Assembly: GCA_963815275.1 (NCBI GenBank)
Contig: CAWFGD010000002.1
Location: 24,102-88,101, forward strand
Reading direction: 5' to 3'
From: an uncultured Alphaproteobacteria bacterium
GTDB lineage: Bacteria; Pseudomonadota; Alphaproteobacteria; Rhodobacterales; Rhodobacteraceae
DNA: 64,000 nucleotides
Position 1 is the stretch's first letter. Each line of letters begins with the position of its first letter. Made by a program: the position numbers and the translations under genes. The notes beneath the pieces were generated by a model. That model saw nothing but the letters and a program-made list of their open reading frames with translations. It did not search any database and was not told where the DNA came from. Shown here piece after piece: positions 1 to 11,913 of this stretch.

Positions 1-249
1 CGCGTTGTTTTCCCACCAGATGGTGTTTTCCACCGAAGCGGTGCGGACGACGAATTTGTCTTTCGGCGAGCGGCCGGTGAATTGGCCGGTGGTGCAAAGA
101 AACGCGCCACCCTTGCCCAACTTGCCTTCACCGCGCGCAACGGCGGCTTCGACGAGAGCAGGCTCGATATAGTTGTAATAGACGTTTCCCAGACCGCGAA
201 AGCCTTGATCTTCCAATTGCTGTGAGGGGTTCACACGTCCATTTGTCAT
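1..249 (-). CDS. pckA: Phosphoenolpyruvate carboxykinase (ATP), 5' part; runs off the window start
   Basis: Manual translation from ATG at 249: [16 protein letters not shown]...[15 protein letters not shown] (PckA TGRSPKDK motif); divergent from chvI, the usual alphaproteobacterial arrangement. Confidence 0.93.
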   Translation of the reverse strand, partial: MTNGRVNPSQQLEDQGFRGLGNVYYNYIEPALVEAAVARGEGKLGKGGAFLCTTGQFTGRSPKDKFVVRTASVENTIWWENNA

Positions 250-399
250 TCTGAAAGCTCCTGTTTCCGCCGGATCTTGACGGGTCTCTCCCTGGAAATC
301 CGCGTCTTTGGCGAAAGGCGCGGGTCTGGACGCAGATCTTGCGCCCTGTAAGGCCGCTATAACATGCAGCTTTTCAAGGGAATAGGACGCATTGGCACA

Positions 400-432
400 G
401 TTAGCGCAACCATCGCGGGGTTAGCGCAACCA
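400..432. promoter_or_regulatory. Tandem 13-bp sites GTTAGCGCAACCA, candidate LacI-family (CceR/GapR-type) operators
   Basis: Exact copies at 400-412 and 420-432, each quasi-palindromic, upstream of pckA. Confidence 0.55.
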
Positions 433-601
433 AAATGCGAAAGTGAAGAAATGTGCGGCAAATTAGTCATTGCTTGGCAGTTTTCGACTCTGATGAGGCC
501 AGTGCTTAAACTGATTCGCAGTTAATTCTTGCTTATGTCCTGCGAAGAAAGGACAATGTGTCAAAAATCCGGCAAGCCGAGCAGCATAGGGAAGCCCAGA
601 T

Positions 602-1303
602 ATGGCAAGGATCGCCCTTGTAGACGACGACCGCAACATCCTCACATCCGTGTCGATGACCCTTGAGGCAGAGGGTTTTGAGGTTGAGACTTTCAACGAC
701 GGCCAGTCGGCCCTTGATGCCTTTAACCGCCGCATGCCCGACATGGCCGTGCTGGATATCAAGATGCCACGGATGGACGGAATGGACCTGTTGCAGCGCT
801 TGCGGCAGAAATCGGCGATGCCGGTGATCTTTCTGACCTCCAAGGATGATGAGATCGACGAAGTGCTTGGCCTGCGCATGGGCGCGGATGACTATGTCAA
901 AAAACCCTTCTCGCAGCGGCTGCTGGTCGAACGCATCCGTGCGCTGTTGCGCCGCAACGATGCGATTGCCACCGGCGAAGTCGCGGTGACCGAAGAGACC
1001 AAGATCATGGAGCGCGGCCATCTGCGCATGGACCCCCTGCGCCACGCCGTGGCCTGGAAGGGCCTGGATGTTTCGCTGACCGTGACCGAATTCATGCTGC
1101 TGCAGGCCTTGGCGCAGCGCCCCGGTTTCGTGAAAAGCCGCGATCAGCTGATGGACGTGGCCTATGACGATCAGGTCTATGTCGACGACCGCACCATCGA
1201 CAGCCACATCAAGCGCCTGCGCAAGAAAATGCGCGCGGTGGATGATGATTTCTCGGCGATCGAGACGCTTTACGGCATTGGCTATCGTTACAACGAAGAA
1301 TGA
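602..1303 (+). CDS. chvI: OmpR-family response regulator ChvI
   Basis: Receiver domain (LVDDD, LDIKMP) plus winged-helix tail IETLYGIGY; lies between pckA and chvG. Confidence 0.95.
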   Translation: MARIALVDDDRNILTSVSMTLEAEGFEVETFNDGQSALDAFNRRMPDMAVLDIKMPRMDGMDLLQRLRQKSAMPVIFLTSKDDEIDEVLGLRMGADDYVKKPFSQRLLVERIRALLRRNDAIATGEVAVTEETKIMERGHLRMDPLRHAVAWKGLDVSLTVTEFMLLQALAQRPGFVKSRDQLMDVAYDDQVYVDDRTIDSHIKRLRKKMRAVDDDFSAIETLYGIGYRYNEE

Positions 1304-2988
1304 CAACGGCTCCAGGCATTGGCATGACCGAGGTGTCTTCATCAAAAACTGGCAAGCTGCTTTTGGGCGAGGATTGGGTCTCGCCCGAAGTGGTGGCCGA
1401 TGCGGCGCTGAGCGCGGGGCGCGGCCGGCGCGGGATCGTGTCGCTGAAGCATTCGCCGCTGGCGCGCAAGATCATCATCTTCAACCTGATGGCGCTGGTT
1501 ATTCTGGTCGCTGGCGTGTTGTTCATGAACCCGTTCCGCGACTCTTTGGTGTTGCAGCGCGAGCAGGGCATGGTCACCGAGGCGACGCTGCTGGCGCGGG
1601 TGATCGAGGCGGATGTTGCGGCTCAGGGCCGTATGCCTGCCGCGATTGACGGTGCGGGCATCGGGCCGGGGGTCGAGGTTTTTCTGTTTGATCCGGCGGG
1701 TCGGCTGGTCGCCAAGGGCATAGGTGCGCCGCGAACGAGCGATCTGTCGACGCGCAGCGACCGCAATACCTTCATCTCGGATTTCCTTGGCAAGATCTGG
1801 TCGGCGGTCTCTGGCATCATGGGGGCCAGCGACACGGCAGCCCCCGAGGCAAGTGGCGAAAGCATGGCGCGGGCCTTGTACGAAAAGGCGCTGACGGGGG
1901 AAACCGCCGCCAATACCGCGATGGGGGCCGAAGGCGGCGCGCAGTTTTCGGTGGCGGCACCGGTCATGGTCAACGGCGCGATTGCCGGCGCTCTGGTGCT
2001 GACCTCGGCGGAGGGCGAGATTGACCGGCTGGTCGGCTATGAGCGCGAGCAGATCCTGCAGATGTTCGTGATCGCGCTGCTGGTGTCGATTGGCCTGTCG
2101 CTGGTGCTGGCCTCGACCATCGCCAACCCGCTGTCGGATCTGGCCGCGGCGGCCGAGATTGGCCGCGACCGCGACGCGCGCAAGATGTCGCCGGGGCGGG
2201 TGCGGATTCCCGACCTGGCGGCGCGCCCCGATGAGATCGGCCGTCTGTCGGTGGCGATGCGCGGCATGGTGGCGGCGCTTTACGACCGGATCGACGCCAA
2301 TGAACAATTCGCCGCCGATGTGAGCCACGAGATCAAGAACCCGCTGGCCTCGTTGCGCTCGGCCGTCGGGTCGCTGCGCATGGTGAAGAAGGAAGATCAC
2401 CGCGAGAAGCTGCTGGACGTCATCGAGCATGATGTGCGCCGGCTCGACCGGCTGGTCAGCGATATCTCCAACGCCTCGCGGCTCGATACCGAGCTGGTGA
2501 AGGAGGAAGAGGAAGAGTTCAACCTGATCAAGACTCTGGCGGGATTGACCGAATATCTGGGCGATCAGGCGCGCGAGAAGGGGGTCGAGTTCATCACCGA
2601 CTTCCCCAGCGATCCGATCCGGGTGCATGGTCTTGAGGGGCGTCTGGCGCAGGTCTTTGTCAACCTGATCACCAATGCGGTGTCGTTTTGCGAAGAGGGC
2701 GATGCGGTGCGGGTCTGGGCGCGCAAGCGCGAGAACCGGGTGCTGATCGTGGTCGAAGACACCGGGCCGGGGATTCCCGAACAGGCGCTGGCCAAGGTGT
2801 TCAAACGCTTCTATTCCGACCGTCCGCCGACGCATTTCGGCAATAACTCGGGGCTTGGCCTGTCGATCTCGAAACAGATCGTCGAGGCGCATGGCGGGGT
2901 GATCTGGGCCGAGAATATCCGCCCGACCCATGCCGACCCGACGTCCGAGCCGCTGGGCGCGCGCTTTGTGGTGGGTCTGCCGGTGTGA
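1300..2988 (+). CDS. chvG: Sensor histidine kinase ChvG
   Basis: Two TM segments, HAMP, H-box [13 protein letters not shown] boxes; start may be ATG 1324. Confidence 0.93.
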   Translation: MTTAPGIGMTEVSSSKTGKLLLGEDWVSPEVVADAALSAGRGRRGIVSLKHSPLARKIIIFNLMALVILVAGVLFMNPFRDSLVLQREQGMVTEATLLARVIEADVAAQGRMPAAIDGAGIGPGVEVFLFDPAGRLVAKGIGAPRTSDLSTRSDRNTFISDFLGKIWSAVSGIMGASDTAAPEASGESMARALYEKALTGETAANTAMGAEGGAQFSVAAPVMVNGAIAGALVLTSAEGEIDRLVGYEREQILQMFVIALLVSIGLSLVLASTIANPLSDLAAAAEIGRDRDARKMSPGRVRIPDLAARPDEIGRLSVAMRGMVAALYDRIDANEQFAADVSHEIKNPLASLRSAVGSLRMVKKEDHREKLLDVIEHDVRRLDRLVSDISNASRLDTELVKEEEEEFNLIKTLAGLTEYLGDQAREKGVEFITDFPSDPIRVHGLEGRLAQVFVNLITNAVSFCEEGDAVRVWARKRENRVLIVVEDTGPGIPEQALAKVFKRFYSDRPPTHFGNNSGLGLSISKQIVEAHGGVIWAENIRPTHADPTSEPLGARFVVGLPV

Positions 2989-3413
2989 CACGAGCCGAAG
3001 CTGTCGTGCTGCATGCGTCTTGCGTGGCGGTTGAGGGGCGCGGGCTGCTGATCCTGGGGCCGTCGGGCGCGGGCAAATCGGCGCTGGCCTTGCAGCTGAT
3101 GGCTTTTGGCGCAGAGCTGGTTTCGGATGATCGGACCGAAGTGCGCCGCGAGGGCGACAGATTGCAGGCGCAGAGCCCGGCGGCGATTGCCGGGCTGATC
3201 GAAGCGCGTGGCTTGGGGATTTTGCGGGCCAAGGCTTTGGCGGTGGCCCCCCTTGCCCTTGCGGTGGACCTGGGGCAGTCTGATCACGAAAGATTGCCGC
3301 TCCACCGCCAGTTAACCCTGCTGGGCCTTGATCTTGATCTTGTTTTTGCGACGCAAGGGGACCATTTTCCTGCAGCGCTCCTGTGTTACCTGCGGGGGTC
3401 GCGACTGGAATGA
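2985..3413 (+). CDS. hprK: Short alphaproteobacterial HPr kinase/phosphorylase
   Basis: Walker A GPSGAGKS, LVSDD, IEARGLGI; follows chvG. Confidence 0.88.
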   Translation: MTRAEAVVLHASCVAVEGRGLLILGPSGAGKSALALQLMAFGAELVSDDRTEVRREGDRLQAQSPAAIAGLIEARGLGILRAKALAVAPLALAVDLGQSDHERLPLHRQLTLLGLDLDLVFATQGDHFPAALLCYLRGSRLE

Positions 3414-3425
3414 GAGGCGCATTTC

Positions 3426-4345
3426 GTGACGGCAGAGCTTGAAGTTTCGCCCGAGCACCAGCTGGTGCTTGTAACCGGCCCCTCGGGGGCGGGGCGGTCG
3501 ACGGCGATCCATGCGCTGGAAGATCTGGGCTTTGAGGTGATCGACAATCTGCCGCTGAGCCTGGTGCCGCGGCTGATCGACGGGCCGACGCTGGGGCGCC
3601 CGATGGCGCTGGGTCTTGATGTGCGCAACCGCGATTTCAACGCGACGGCGCTGATCGAGCTGATCGACCGGCTGACCCGTGATCCGCGCGTCAACCTTGA
3701 TCTGATCTATCTGGATTGCGGCCCGGCCGAGTTGATCCGGCGCTATTCGGAAACCCGCAGGCGGCATCCGCTGGCACCAATGGAAACCCCGGCGGAAGGC
3801 ATCGAGCGCGAGATCGATCTGCTGGCCCCGATCAAGGTGCGGGCCGATCATCTGATCGACACCTCCGAGATGTCGCCGCATGACCTCAAGGCCGAGATCG
3901 GGCGTTGGTTCGAGCAAGGACGAATCAGAGGCGATGGCGGTCTCGTTGCAGAGTTTCAGCTATAAACGCGGCCTGCCGCGTGGGCTGGATATGGTGTTTG
4001 ACTGTCGCTTTCTGGCCAATCCCTATTGGCAGGCCGAGTTGCGCAACGGCAACGGCCGCGACGCCGCTGTCTCTGATTATGTGCAATCTGACCCGCATTT
4101 CGCGGAATTCTTTGCAAAATTGCAGGATTTGTTGCTGCTTTTGCTGCCGGCCCATGCCGCGCGAGGGCAAGTCGCATCTGGCGATTGGCTTTGGCTGCAC
4201 CGGCGGGCAACACCGGTCTGTTGCAGTTGCAGAAAAACTAGGCAATGTGCTTGCAGAGGCGGGCTGGCCAGTGTCAAAACGCCATCGTGAATTGGAACGC
4301 AAAGCAGCGGCAGCGCCGCTCGATATCGAGGTAGCAGGCGCGTGA
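3426..4345 (+). CDS. rapZ: RapZ/YvcJ-family P-loop protein (apparent indels near 3917 and 4157)
   Basis: [26 protein letters not shown] and [10 protein letters not shown] spread over three frames. Confidence 0.88.
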
Positions 4346-4743
4346 TCGGCATTGTGATTGTGGCACATGGCGGCCTTGCGCGCGAGTATCTCGCAGCGGT
4401 CGAGCATGTTGTCGGCCCGCAAACCGCGATGCGGGCGATTTCGATCGAGGATGACCACGACCGCACCGCCAAGCAGTTGGAAATCTGCGACGCGGCCGAT
4501 GCCGTCGATCAGGGTCAGGGCGTTGTCATGGTCACTGATATGTTCGGCGGTTCGCCCTCCAATCTGTCGCTTCGTGCCTGCGCCGCTTCCGAGCGGCGTA
4601 TTCTGTATGGCGCGAACCTGCCGATGCTGATCAAGCTGGCGAAATCGCGCGAGCTGCCGATTGCCGAGGCGGTGAGCACCGCGCTGGATGCCGGGCGCAA
4701 GTATATCAATTCGCTGGATCTGGGCGGAGGTGGCGGCGCATGA
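4342..4743 (+). CDS. PTS EIIA component, mannose type
   Basis: [26 protein letters not shown] motifs. Confidence 0.9.
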   Translation: MIGIVIVAHGGLAREYLAAVEHVVGPQTAMRAISIEDDHDRTAKQLEICDAADAVDQGQGVVMVTDMFGGSPSNLSLRACAASERRILYGANLPMLIKLAKSRELPIAEAVSTALDAGRKYINSLDLGGGGGA

Positions 4744-5010
4744 CATGCACGCGCTTTGGATATCGTCAACGAAAAGGGCCTGCATGCCCGGGCCTCGGCC
4801 AAGTTCGTCGAAGTCGTCGAGGAATTTGACGCAGCGGCAGAGGTCACAAAGGACGGCATGACCGTCTCGGGCGACAGCATCATGGGGCTTTTGATGTTGG
4901 CAGCGTCACGGGGAACCTCTATTGAGGTGACGACAAGCGGCCCGCAGGCAGCAGAGCTTTCTGACGCCCTGGCTGCTTTGGTGGCCAATCGTTTCGGAGA
5001 AGATTTCTGA
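4740..5010 (+). CDS. HPr/NPr phosphocarrier (apparent +1 indel just after ATG 4740)
   Basis: IVNEKGLHARASAKFV and SIMGLLML motifs. Confidence 0.9.
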
Positions 5011-5038
5011 AACGCGGGACGAGGAAGGCTTAGGCTTC

Positions 5039-5911
5039 GTGACAGACACGCCCCAGAGAGAGAAAGTTGCGGCTGAGGCGCGCAAACCGCGTGAATATGA
5101 CATGCGGCGGCTGTCCTATGCCGGGACGTTTTCCAACCCCTTCAAGGCGGGTTCCATTCGCGCCATCGAGTGGCTGACCGCCAAGATCCAGCTTTTGCGT
5201 CTGATCCGCCAGTTCGAGAAATCGGGCGCGCCCTTTGGCTCGCCCTTCTGGCCCAAGGCGATCAAGCAGATGGGCATCCGCATCGACACGCCGCCGGAAG
5301 AGGTGGCGCGGATACCCGCGACAGGGCCGCTGGTGGTGGTCTCGAACCATCCGAGCGGGCTGGTCGATGGCATGATCATCGCGGAACTGGTCAACCGGGT
5401 GCGCTCGGATTTCAAGATCCTGACGCGGTCCTTGCTGACCGGCATCCCCGAGGTCGAGCAATTCATGATCCCGGTGCCCTTCCCGCATGAGGAAAACTCG
5501 CGCGAGCTGGGGCTGCAGATGCGGGCCGAGACGATGGCGCATCTGAAGGCGGGCGGGGTGATCATCCTGTTTCCGGCCGGCAAGGTGGCGATGTCGGAGG
5601 GCTTCTTTGGCCCGGCCATCGAGGCGGAGTGGAATGTCTTTACCCACAAGATGATCCAGCGCTCGGGGGCGACGATCCTGCCGATGTATTTCCCCGGCCA
5701 GAACTCGCGCGCCTTTCTGATGGCCAACAAGATATCGGACACGCTGCGGCAGGGCCTGCTGTTGTATGAGATCAAGCGGTCGTTGTTCAAACCGCAGCGG
5801 CCCATTATCGGCGAGCCGATTCCGGCGACGGTGCTGGATCAGTGGGAGGGCAACCCGCGCGGCTTCCTCGCCTGGCTGCGTCAGCACACGCTGGATCTGG
5901 GCAAAAGCTAG
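5039..5911 (+). CDS. PlsC-like lysophospholipid acyltransferase family protein
   Basis: NHPSGLVDG (HX4D) and LFPAG motifs. Confidence 0.8.
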   Translation: MTDTPQREKVAAEARKPREYDMRRLSYAGTFSNPFKAGSIRAIEWLTAKIQLLRLIRQFEKSGAPFGSPFWPKAIKQMGIRIDTPPEEVARIPATGPLVVVSNHPSGLVDGMIIAELVNRVRSDFKILTRSLLTGIPEVEQFMIPVPFPHEENSRELGLQMRAETMAHLKAGGVIILFPAGKVAMSEGFFGPAIEAEWNVFTHKMIQRSGATILPMYFPGQNSRAFLMANKISDTLRQGLLLYEIKRSLFKPQRPIIGEPIPATVLDQWEGNPRGFLAWLRQHTLDLGKS

Positions 5912-6786
5912 CGCGTCGGCACCGGCACTTCGCCGCGGTAGTCGTAAAAGCCGCGCTTGGTCTTGCGGCCCAGCCAGCCCGCCTCGACATATTTCGACAG
6001 CAGGGGGCAGGGGCGGTACTTGGTGTCGCCCAGCCCGTCGTGCAGCACGTTCATGATGGCAAGGCAGGTATCCAGCCCGATGAAATCGGCCAGTTCCAGC
6101 GGCCCCATCGGGTGGTTGGCGCCAAGTTTCAGCGACTGGTCGATGGACTGGACATTGCCGACGCCTTCGTAAAGCGTATAGACCGCCTCGTTGATCATCG
6201 GCATCAGGATGCGGTTGACGATGAAGGCGGGGAAATCCTCGGCGCTGGCGGCGGTCTTGCCAAGCTTTCCCACCACGGCGAGCAGGCGTGTCATAGGTCG
6301 GCTTGTCGGTGGCGATGCCGCGGATCAGCTCGACCAGCTGCATCACCGGCACCGGGTTCATGAAGTGAAAGCCCATGAATTTCTCGGGCCGGTCGGTGCG
6401 GCGAGGCAAGCCGGGTGATCGAGATCGACGAGGTGTTCGAGGTCAGGATGGTGTGCGGGACCAGGTGCGGGAGCGAGGTCTTCGAAGATCGCGTTCTTGA
6501 CGGTTTCTCTCTCGGTCGCGGCCTCGATCACCAGATCGGTCGGGCCAAGATCGGCGAGGGTGACGGTGGTCTTGATCCGCGCCATCGCTTCGGCTTTGGC
6601 CTCGGCGGTGATCTTTTCGCGGCTGACCTGACGCTCGATATTCTTGTCGATGGTGGCGCGAGCGGCTGTCAGGCTGTCGGCGCTGATGTCGTTCAGCAGC
6701 ACGTCAAAGCCTGCCAAAGCAAAGACATGCGCGATGCCATTGCCCATCTGACCCGCGCCGACGATGCCCACTGACCGGATTTCCAT
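5908..6786 (-). CDS. hbd: 3-hydroxybutyryl-CoA dehydrogenase (three apparent +1 indels)
   Basis: [38 protein letters not shown] across frames. Confidence 0.9.
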
Positions 6787-6947
6787 TGTCACGCCCCTTT
6801 GCTGCTCTGCGGCACCTTACGCATCCTGCGGCAGGCGTGCAAGCCTTGCAAGGCTGCAGAGCATTTGTGGCAAATGCCCGGCTTAACCTTTTGGCAAGAC
6901 GAGTCGGCCAAGCTCGGTCCTGGGTGGTACAAATCGGGGTGGGTCCT

Positions 6948-7788
6948 ATGGCCTTTCTGTTTCCCGGCGCGGGGGCGCTGGACTATTTTCCATGCCATTA
7001 CGGCAGGTCGCGGATTATCTTTCGCGGGCCAAAGCAAAACGTCGAAAAGGCCTATGTTGCCGTGCTGGGGAGCACGGAGACCTATGGCAAATTCGTGCCG
7101 CATCCCTATGCCAGCCTGCTTGGCCAAGGCCTCGGCATGCCCGTGGTCAATCTGGGCTGCATGAATGCCGGGCCGGATCTGTATCTGCAGGGGCCGGACC
7201 TGTTGCAGATCGCCGGGCAGGCCTGCGCGACGGTGGTGCAGATCTTTGGCGCGCATAACATCTCGAACCGCTATTACACGGTGCATCCGCGCCGCAATGA
7301 CCGCTTTGTCGCCGCCACGCCGCTGTTGCGGGCGATCTTTCCCAAGGTGGATTTCACCGAGTTCAACTTTACCCGCCATATGCTGATGGCGCTGCAAAGC
7401 ACCTCGGCTGATCGTTTCGAGGTGGTGGCCGAAGAGTTGCGCGCCGCCTGGGTGGCGCGGATGCAACGCTTGCTGGCAGCGCTGCAGAGCCGCACGGTCT
7501 TGCTGTGGATGGCGGATGCGCCGCCGCCTCCGCCCGAGCGGCGGGTCGGATCTGACGCGCAATCCCTTGCTGATCGACAACGAGATGATTGCCGCTGTGC
7601 GGGGCAGGGCGGCGGCCTATCTGGAGGTGGTCTATTCCGATGCCGCGATGGCGCGGGGCTGCGAGGGCATGGCCTTTGCGCCGATGGAAGCGCCCGCGGC
7701 GGCCGAGGTGCCGGGGCCGCTGGCCCATGCCGAGGTGGCGCAGCTGTTGCTGCCACAGGTGCATCGGCTGATCTCGGGGCGCGCATGA
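6948..7788 (+). CDS. DUF6473-like protein, possibly SGNH-like (one indel near 7550)
   Basis: FRGP, LGSTETYGKFV, VHPRRNDRF motifs recalled from a Rhodobacteraceae family; C-terminus continues in ORF 7516..7788. Confidence 0.6.
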
Positions 7789-7814
7789 AAAAGGGCGCCC
7801 GGAGGCGCCCTTTT
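7789..7814. terminator. Bidirectional intrinsic terminator
   Basis: aaaagggcgcc-cgga-ggcgccctttt between convergent genes. Confidence 0.85.
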
Positions 7815-7832
7815 GTCGGATGTTCGCTTGGC

Positions 7833-8763
7833 TCAGAGCTTTTCGATCAGTTCCGGCACGGCGGTGAAGAGGTCAGCGACCAGACCGTAATCGGCGACCT
7901 GGAAGATCGGCGCTTCTTCGTCCTTGTTGATCGCAACGATGACCTTGCTGTCCTTCATGCCGGCCAGATGCTGGATCGCGCCCGAGATGCCGATGGCGAC
8001 ATAAAGCGTCGGGGCGACGACCTTGCCGGTCTGACCGACCTGCCAGTCGTTCGGCGCATAGCCCGAATCGACCGCAGCGCGGCTGGCGCCGACGGCGGCG
8101 CCCAGCTTGTCGGCCAGTTTCTCGATCAGATGCGAAATCGGCTTCCGAACCGACGCCGCGACCGCCCGAGACGACGATGCCTGCGGAGGTCAGTTCGGGG
8201 CGATCAGACGAGGCGACCTTGTCTTCGACCCAGGCCGACAGGCTGGAATCGACCGCGGCGGAGGTCTTCTCGACAGCCGCCGCGCCACCTTTGCCCGCCG
8301 CTTCGAAGGTCGCGGTGCGGATGGTCATGACTTTGGCCTTATCCGACAGATTTCACCGTCTGGATGGCGTTGCCGGCATAGATCGGACGCTCGAAGGTCT
8401 CGGCGTCGATCACGCGCGGTGACTTCCGAGATCACCATGACGTCCAGCAGGGCCGCCACACGCGGCAGCACCGATTTCGAGAACGCCCCCGAAGGCGCGG
8501 CGATATGGTTGTAATCCCCGGCCAGCGCTGACGATCAGCGCGGCGGTGGGTTCGGCCATGGCGTGGCAATAGGCGTGGTCGTCGGCAAACAGCACCTTGG
8601 AGACGCCGTCGAGCGTGGCGGCTTCGGCCGCCGCCGCATCGCCGCCCGTGCCTGCCACCAGAACGGTGACAGGGCCGAGCGATTTGACGGCGGTCAGGGC
8701 TTTGGCGACCTGATCGGTGGCCAAAGCGCCCTCAACAACATCCGCGAGAAGAAGAACAGCCAT
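7833..8763 (-). CDS. etfA: Electron transfer flavoprotein alpha subunit (several apparent indels)
   Basis: [41 protein letters not shown] across frames. Confidence 0.92.
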
Positions 8764-9524
8764 CAGATCACCCCCGCTTCGTCTTTGAGTTTTGCGATCA
8801 GCTCGTCAACCGAGCCGACCTTGACGCCAGCCTTGCGGCCTGCCGGTTCCGTGGTTTTCACAATGGTCAGGCGTGGGGCGACATCGACGCCGTAATCGGC
8901 GGGGGTCTTGGCCGCGAGCGGCTTGGCCTTGGCCTTCATGATGTTGGGCAGCGAGGCATAGCGCGGCTCGTTCAGGCGCAGATCGACGGTGACGATGGCG
9001 GGCATCTTCACCGAGATGGTCTGCAGACCGCCATCGACTTCGCGGGTCACGGTGGCCTTGTCGCCCTCGATCGCCAGCTCCGAGATGAAGGTCGCTTGCG
9101 ACCAGCCAAGCAGGGCTGCCAGCATCTGGCCGGTGGCGTTCATATCGTTATCAATGGCTTGCTTGCCGCAGAGCACGAGGCCGGGGGCCTCTTCCTTGAC
9201 CACGGCGGCCAGCAGCTTGGCCACGGCCAGAGGCTCGATATCGGTGTGGACGTTGTCGGTGGCCTCGATCAGGATGGCGCGGTCGGCCCCCATGGCAAGC
9301 GCCGTGCGCAGGGTTTCCTGGCTTTGTTTCACACCGATGGAAACGACGACGACCTCGGTCGCTACGCCTTTTTCCTTCAGACGGATCGCTTCTTCGACGG
9401 CAATCTCGTCAAAGGGGTTCATCGACATTTTAACGTTGGCCAGATCGACACCCGATCCATCCGCTTTGACGCGGACTTTCACGTTATAGTCGATCACACG
9501 TTTGACAGGCACCAAGACCTTCAT
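8763..9524 (-). CDS. etfB: Electron transfer flavoprotein beta subunit
   Basis: [38 protein letters not shown]. Confidence 0.95.
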   Translation of the reverse strand: MKVLVPVKRVIDYNVKVRVKADGSGVDLANVKMSMNPFDEIAVEEAIRLKEKGVATEVVVVSIGVKQSQETLRTALAMGADRAILIEATDNVHTDIEPLAVAKLLAAVVKEEAPGLVLCGKQAIDNDMNATGQMLAALLGWSQATFISELAIEGDKATVTREVDGGLQTISVKMPAIVTVDLRLNEPRYASLPNIMKAKAKPLAAKTPADYGVDVAPRLTIVKTTEPAGRKAGVKVGSVDELIAKLKDEAGVI

Positions 9525-9653
9525 CGCGCATATCTCCATTCCTAAGGCCCCGAGGGGCCGATCCAAGCTCTCGCATGCCTCATACCGCGTCATGCGGGCT
9601 GGTAACAGAGCAAAACCGACAGAATGCAGCGGCCAGACGTCGCGTCTTCGCGG

Positions 9654-10227
9654 CTAACGGGTCAGGCCGGGCACCCAAAGCACATCGTCTTGCCCGTCAT
9701 TGTTGGCGATACGGCCGGCGACAAAGAACCAGTCGGACAGGCGGTTGAGGTATTTCACCGCTTCGACGTTGACATCTTCCTGCGTGGCAAGGTCGACCAC
9801 CAGCCGCTCGGCCCGGCGGCAGACGGTGCGGCAGAGGTGCAGATGGGCTGCAAGTGCCGAGCCGCCCGGCAGGATGAAGCTGCGCAGCGGGGTGAGGCGG
9901 GTGTTCATCGCGTCGATCTCGGATTCCAGCCGTGCGACTTGCGCTGCAATCATCCGCAACGGCGGATAGGCGGCCTCGGCATCCTTGTGCATGTCGGGCG
10001 TGCAGAGATCGGCACCGAGATCGAAGAGATCGTTGGAGATGCGTTGCAAGCGCGGCATCCAGATCGCCCGAGGCATGCAGGCGCGCCATGCCGACGGTGG
10101 CATTGGTCTCATCGACCGTGCCATAGGCGCTGACCCGCGCCGAATGCTTGGCGACCCGTGCGCCATTGCCGAGCGCGGTTTCGCCCGCGTCCCCGGTTTT
10201 GGTGTAAATCTTTGACAGAACAACCAT
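9654..10227 (-). CDS. PduO-type cob(I)alamin adenosyltransferase (one indel near 10050)
   Basis: KIYTKTGDAGET, YGTVDE, RRAER, YLNRLSDWFF. Confidence 0.9.
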
Positions 10228-10230
10228 AAT

Positions 10231-10434
10231 TTACCCCCGGCTCCGCCAATAGGCGATCAGCAAAATGATCACCACAGCCCCCGCCTGCGCGATGATGCGA
10301 TAGCGCATCAAGCGGTTGGAGTGTTTGCGGTTGAACTCGCCGCCCTTGGCAAAGCCGCCGATGCCGATCATCAGAATGATCAACACGACAAAGCAGGCAA
10401 TCATGCCAAAGATGAACAACGGGTCGGCAAACAT
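10231..10434 (-). CDS. Twin-transmembrane-helix small protein (HIG1-like)
   Basis: Two TM helices with NRLMRYRIIAQ; typical position upstream of the adenosyltransferase. Confidence 0.8.
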   Translation of the reverse strand: MFADPLFIFGMIACFVVLIILMIGIGGFAKGGEFNRKHSNRLMRYRIIAQAGAVVIILLIAYWRSRG

Positions 10435-10498
10435 GGCTAGTCCTTTCGTTTCAGCATGATTTAGGCGCTTTGGCGCGGAAAGCGAACCTAAAAACGCG

Positions 10499-11323
10499 CT
10501 AGCCCTTGGCGATGACCCAATCCAAGAGCCGTGTCGAAAGCAGGCGGCGCAGGCTGCCCATCAGATGCGTTGGCAGGGTGACGTAATAGCGCGGGCGCGG
10601 CTGGGGGCTTTCCAGTGCGTGGATGAGCTTGGCGGTGACAGCAGAGGCGGGCAGCTGCCAGCGGTCGGGCGGGCCTGCCTCGTAAAGCCTGCCGCGCAGG
10701 CTGGCGTATTCAGCGGCGCGGGCCGAGTTTTGCCAGTCAATCCAGCGTTCAAAATGCGGAATGGCCTTTTCGCGAATGGCGGTGGCGATGGGGCCGGGTT
10801 CGATCAGGATCACCTTGATGCCGGTATCGGCCATCTCGATGCGCAGCACATCGGTCAGCCCCTCCATGGCGAATTTGGTTGCCACATAGGCGCCGCGCCA
10901 TTTCAGCGCGACCAACCCCAGAACCGAGGAACAGTTGATGATCCGGCCATGGCCCTGCGCCCGCATCAGCGGGATAACCCGCCGCGTCAGGTCGTGATAG
11001 CCAAAGAGATTGGTCTCAAAGATCGCCCGCAGCGCGCCGCGCGGCAGATCTTCGACAGCCCCCGGGCAAGCGAAAGCCCCGTTGTTGTAAAGCGCGTCCA
11101 GCGTGCCGCCGGTGCGGCTGACCACCTCGGCGACGGCGGCCTCGACACTGGCCTCATCGGCGTAATCGAGGCGGAAACTTTCCAGCCCCTCGTCGCGCAG
11201 GCGTTGGCAATCGGCCTCTTGCCGGCAGGTGGCAAAGACCCGCCAGCCGCGGGCCTTGAGGCCGTGGGCGGCATCATAGCCGATGCCCGAGGAGCATCCG
11301 GTGATCAATATGCTGCGCTGCAT
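10499..11323 (-). CDS. Short-chain dehydrogenase/reductase
   Basis: TGCSSGIG, NNG, YVATK. Confidence 0.88.
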   Translation of the reverse strand: MQRSILITGCSSGIGYDAAHGLKARGWRVFATCRQEADCQRLRDEGLESFRLDYADEASVEAAVAEVVSRTGGTLDALYNNGAFACPGAVEDLPRGALRAIFETNLFGYHDLTRRVIPLMRAQGHGRIINCSSVLGLVALKWRGAYVATKFAMEGLTDVLRIEMADTGIKVILIEPGPIATAIREKAIPHFERWIDWQNSARAAEYASLRGRLYEAGPPDRWQLPASAVTAKLIHALESPQPRPRYYVTLPTHLMGSLRRLLSTRLLDWVIAKG

Positions 11324-11391
11324 GCCTGCCAAGCCTCTTGAAGGGTTTGTCCCTTCCTAGGCTGCGCGGTTCCTGCAGACAATGCTTGAAT

Positions 11392-11913
11392 TTATTCTTC
11401 AGCGGTCAGCAAGCGGCTGGCGACGAAGCCTTCAACGCCATCGCCTTCGATGCGGATCATCGCCCAAGCGTCGGGGCCCTCTTCCTCCGAGACGATCAAC
11501 ACGGAATCGCCGCGGGCAAGACTGTCAACGACAGCGTAGTCGGTGCCGGGGCCTGCGCGGACGTTGAGCCGTTTGGTGTTGACCAGAGCGATGCGACCGG
11601 TGGTTTCCGGCGCGGTTGCGACTTGCGGGGTGACTTGCGCGGCGACTACGGCGGGGGCGACCATCACCGGGGCATCTGGGGCGAAGGCAGCGTTGATCAA
11701 AACTGGCTGCTCGGTCCCATCGCTCGACGTGGTGACGGGAGAGGCGAGTGGTAATTTTTGCTCTGGCGCTGCCGGCGGGATCAGGCTTGCCACGGCCACC
11801 GAGGACTTGCCTGCGGATGGCATCAGGCCGAATCGCATCTGACCACGGTCTTCGCCTGCGATCCGCATGGTTAAAAACAAACCAAGACAAAGTGTTGCAA
11901 TTAATTTCAGCAT
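11392..11913 (-). CDS. Exported protein with bacterial SH3 domain
   Basis: Hydrophobic N-terminus, Pro/Ala linker, LNVRAGPGTDYAVV...GFVASRLL. Confidence 0.8.
   Translation of the reverse strand: MLKLIATLCLGLFLTMRIAGEDRGQMRFGLMPSAGKSSVAVASLIPPAAPEQKLPLASPVTTSSDGTEQPVLINAAFAPDAPVMVAPAVVAAQVTPQVATAPETTGRIALVNTKRLNVRAGPGTDYAVVDSLARGDSVLIVSEEEGPDAWAMIRIEGDGVEGFVASRLLTAEE

Noticed and set aside
490-552. CTGATGAG resembling a hammerhead ribozyme core
   Set aside because: No stem II closing onto GAAA and no stems I/III could be formed
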